Assembly (NCBI GenBank): GCA_002269645.1
Contig: NIVC01003257.1
Span: forward strand, 1 to 64,000
From: Macrostomum lignano
Taxonomy: Eukaryota
Length of the DNA stretch: 64,000 nucleotides
Direction: 5' to 3'
Shown here in pieces: positions 60,480 through 64,000 of the stretch. The notes below the pieces were generated by a model that was not told the origin of the DNA, did not search any database, and saw nothing but the letters and a program-made list of their open reading frames with translations. The position numbers and the translations under genes are program-made. Each line of letters starts with the position of its first letter. Position 1 is the stretch's first letter.

Positions 60480-61759
60480 ATTTATTATCTGAATTTGGTT
60501 TCTGAAAATTATTTTGAAGGAACATATTTTGTTTTTTTTCAGGAGTCAGTCACATTTTTGGTCAAAAAATAAGTCGCATGCCTGGTGTAACTCAATGGGT
60601 TGCGCATGATGTTTGTACTTTTATCACTACCAACAATGTTTTTTGGCTTTTGAGCACTTTTTGTCCTCTATATTAAAGTTTATGAGGTTAACAATAGACA
60701 TTCAATAAAGCAATGATTTGAATATACAATAGCATTACTACCTTTTTTATAACCAAAACTGTGGGTGAATGACTGAGAGGGCATTAATGATAGAAATGCA
60801 ATGTGCTAATAACTATTCTAGCCAACACTTGCTTGTAGTGACATTTGCTTCAAATCAACAAAGATTTGGTATTTTACACCAAGCTATTGCTTATATTTCA
60901 TGACAATGTATATTCAGCATTTAATATTTTGAATTCTAAATAAAGAATGACTTTTTATTAAACCACTTTTTCTCACAAAAAAAAGTCTATTTATCTAGAG
61001 AGTTTTGCATCCAACAATGACATTGAAAAAGCAGTTTTTTTTTATATTAAAAGGTAGCATTTACCCCTATAGAGGTGAACAACGACAGCCATCAGGTCTA
61101 CCTACAGAGTTTGGAGACTGACTTGGACGAAGATTCGGAGGCCACCACTCCAGTAGCCCTCCCAGTTGAGCGCCACTGCTCAGATCTTGGTCGAAAATTT
61201 ACCACTGAGGAGTCCCGCTGCTCTCCCATGAGCCGACAGACTCAGCAGGTCAAGCCATCTCATTGCTCTTCCATGAGCCTGCAGCCAACTACCTATCATG
61301 ATCGCGTGGACAATATGTCTTGCACCATGAAGCACCTTTGTCCTACGCCAAAACCAATGCATTCCTATGCAGAGGTGACGAAGTCTGCATTTAAGGAAGA
61401 CAGAGCATGTACAGCTGAAGCATCTCCCTAGCTTGCAACTTGTCAAAGTCTGCCGCACTGCCGAGCATTGCTCATGGATCATCTGAAGCCGCATTGCCGC
61501 GCAACAAGCTCATCAAAGCTCAATAGGATGACCTAGCCATCAGCTACATCTATAAGTTTATCAAGGAAAATCAACTGAAATCAGGTTTTGACAATTGATT
61601 ACAACTTAGCAGGGAGCAATGGAACCTGCTAGGATACTACAAGTTACTATTCTTTGAGTGAGATCTACTCATGATCAACATGACAGAAAAAGACACTCCA
61701 CCAAAGATTGTCTTACTGGAAGCACTCGACAACAAAGTTTTTAACAAGCTCCACAATTT

Positions 61760-62300
61760 GCCTTTAGCAGGTCACCAAAGACTGCCCAAAGAGTGCACAA
61801 AAGATTCTGGCGAACAGGTCTAGTCCGAGCTATTGAGACCTACATCAGCAAGTGCCGAACCTGCCTAGAGAGCAAATCACGACGAAAACAGCAAGTGCCA
61901 GTGCAGAGTTTTCCTGTCTGCAAAGTTTTTGGAAGACTTCACATGGATGTGATCAGACCAATTGCGCAACCATCAAAAGGAGGTCATCGATACATCCTGA
62001 CACTGCTGTGCAACATCAAAAATTCCGATAGCTTATCTGATAAGAAATCAGAAAGCTAAAACCATTATCTGATTACTTCAGGACTGTTTCATTCCAGAAT
62101 ATGGAGTTCTAGCCTAGATACACACTGACCAGAGAACAAACTTTACAGGAAATGCCTTCAAGAAATTCTCCAATCTCTACACAATCAGGCACATGACAAC
62201 AACACCATAAAATCCAGATCCAACAGACTGGTAAAAAATTTGAACAAGTGTCTACAAGATTTGACAGAAGGCCAGTTAGGGCTTGAAAAGAACCTGACTG
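61760..62300 (+). mobile_element. Degenerate Ty3/Gypsy integrase remnant within a 2.3-kb GC-richer block (about 61070-63370)
   Basis: GH...FWRTGLVRAIETYISKCRTC (HHCC zinc domain), LHMDVIRP...GGHRYILT and IHTDQRTNF (catalytic core) with stops and frameshifts. No LTR pair identified. Confidence 0.75.
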
Positions 62301-64000
62301 CTTGGTTCTTAAACCAAAGTCAAAGTCCTACTTGAGCCAGTTAATTAACTTCTTCCACCGGCCTTGTGCCTGTTCTAGCGCTGAAAAGCAACGCTAAGCA
62401 TCATGACTAGCAAGGAAAATAGAAACGTTGAGATTGCACACCTTCCAGGACACCCTTGCTGGCCAGTGGGCACAAGCACATGCGGCCTGTACTGCCAGCT
62501 AGCAGGACACACATTATCCCTATTCTAAGCCAGGACCTATCTCGCAGCCAACGTAGCCACTGGGATGTATGTCCCAAACGAGATGCCAACACTGAGGTGC
62601 GCTGACTAGCACCATTGCAGCCACCTCAGATAGGAGATCAACTAGCTATTGCTAGAGAAAGAGCTGCTGCCATCAAGCTCCATCTGGACCTGCCAAAGGC
62701 AATCATGGCTGATGCTCGGCTACTGGCCGCAGAAGCAGCTAGAGGAGTTGCTGCCCCGCAGGAACTACCACCAGTGCAACCAACCCATGGCTCACCTGCT
62801 CAGTCACAATCACCACTGGCACAGCCAACCTGTGGACCACCTGCGCACAGCTCGCCCATTCGGCAGCAACCACAAGGGGACGGCGACTTGTTTGACCTAA
62901 TTGGCAGCGTATCCAGCTTGCTGCAAGAGAAACCCAGTGAGGAGCTGCTGCCGGCGATCTAGGAGTTGATGGCTCTAGGCATGCAGGCCCCGCCAGAAGT
63001 GCCCTTCCAGATCTTTTAGACCTGAGAGTGACGTTCTGCGCACACTGCCTCCTCTAGATTCGCCGCCTCCAGTCAATTACTTGGGAGTCTTGTTGCCGCC
63101 CGATGTCATCAATCTAGACAACTACCTGCCACTGCCAATGCCTCCATTGCTACATTTCCACTACCCCTTGCCAGTTCCGACGCCTATTAGGCTCTTCTCC
63201 CGAGCAGAACTAGCTGATGCTATTGGTCCCACCTATTGTCGTAGCAATCTGATCTATTTACCAAGCTGTATGCCAAGAGGGCATGCCAGGCCCCTCTGTA
63301 CACCAAGTTGTACACCAATGGTATACTCTAGGTCCCTTTTGTACACCAGAATTTTCTGGCTATCTGGAGTTTAGCCCTATTAAAATAAGTGGACAAAAAG
63401 CATTTGACTTTCTGTTACAATTTTGGAATTTTTTAGTGTTGCATTGTAGCTAGAGTCAAGGCAGGTGATGTCATGGCCAGGGGTATATCCAGGAATTTCT
63501 CATGGGAGGGGAGTGCAGAGATATGAGTAGCTATTGCTATTCATACTTGTACTTGCTAGCTCAATGGGCAGTTCACAAGAAAATTAAGTGTCATAAATCA
63601 AATATATAGGTGCTGGGTAGGCCCTAGCTTTGAATGGCTAGTCAAGTTTCCAATTCTATGAAAATTCATAGAAATTCAAATACAAATTCCTAGATACAAA
63701 TTCACTATAGTAATTAATATGGACTAGGCAAAAATTTCTTATACCTACCAACCAGGCCCACAAAAAGTGATACATCCCTGTATCCCCCCTTTGTTTATAT
63801 TAGGCTACTAGTTGTGACACAGTGTGGTTTTCTGGTTAACATTAGAATAACTATGAGTCTATGACTGTCTTATTAAGGCTAAAATGCCTTATTATCTAAT
63901 TAGTACTATACCTATTGGCTATTAGACCTGTATTTTGTGCAAAAGTTAGGGCCTAACATGTTCTATGTTGCATTGGCATTTTTGAGCTACAATTTTATAC

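Noticed and set aside
62615-63374. Pro/Gln-rich ORFs after the Gypsy integrase
   Set aside because: No recognisable domain; probably part of the decayed retroelement block; no LTR, PBS or PPT identified.
63478-63795. Possible old MITE (CAGGGGTATATCCAGG ... CTGTATCCCCCCT); similar hints at 9995-10240, 33540-33745 and 41680-42070
   Set aside because: Termini too degenerate and no TSD could be verified by eye.

Overview
Eukaryotic (animal) genomic DNA with GT-AG introns, fairly GC-rich exons, AT-rich spacers and about 26 tandem-repeat arrays. The repeat style resembles a Macrostomum-type flatworm; that is inference only. Six genes were reconstructed by hand from splice sites and reading phase, plus one intronless gene: an unidentified coiled-coil gene (+, begins upstream of the window), intronless Chibby (-), an NDRG-family gene (-), a TruA/PUSL1-like pseudouridine synthase (+, with an in-frame TGA), EBAG9-like (+), tyrosine aminotransferase (+) and LAS1L-like (-). 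Mobile DNA comprises a decayed RNase H-bearing LINE, a head-to-tail chain of up to five truncated copies of one APE-RT LINE family (22.5-32.3 kb), a 3.4-kb CAC...GTG DNA transposon nested in that chain with a TA duplication, a 1.3-kb hAT-type element with an 8-bp TSD, a tRNA-SINE fragment and a Gypsy integrase remnant. Most long ORFs in the supplied track are artefacts of the tandem repeats. The most notable observations are the LINE chain, the introns each filled by their own minisatellite, and the PUSL1 TGA.
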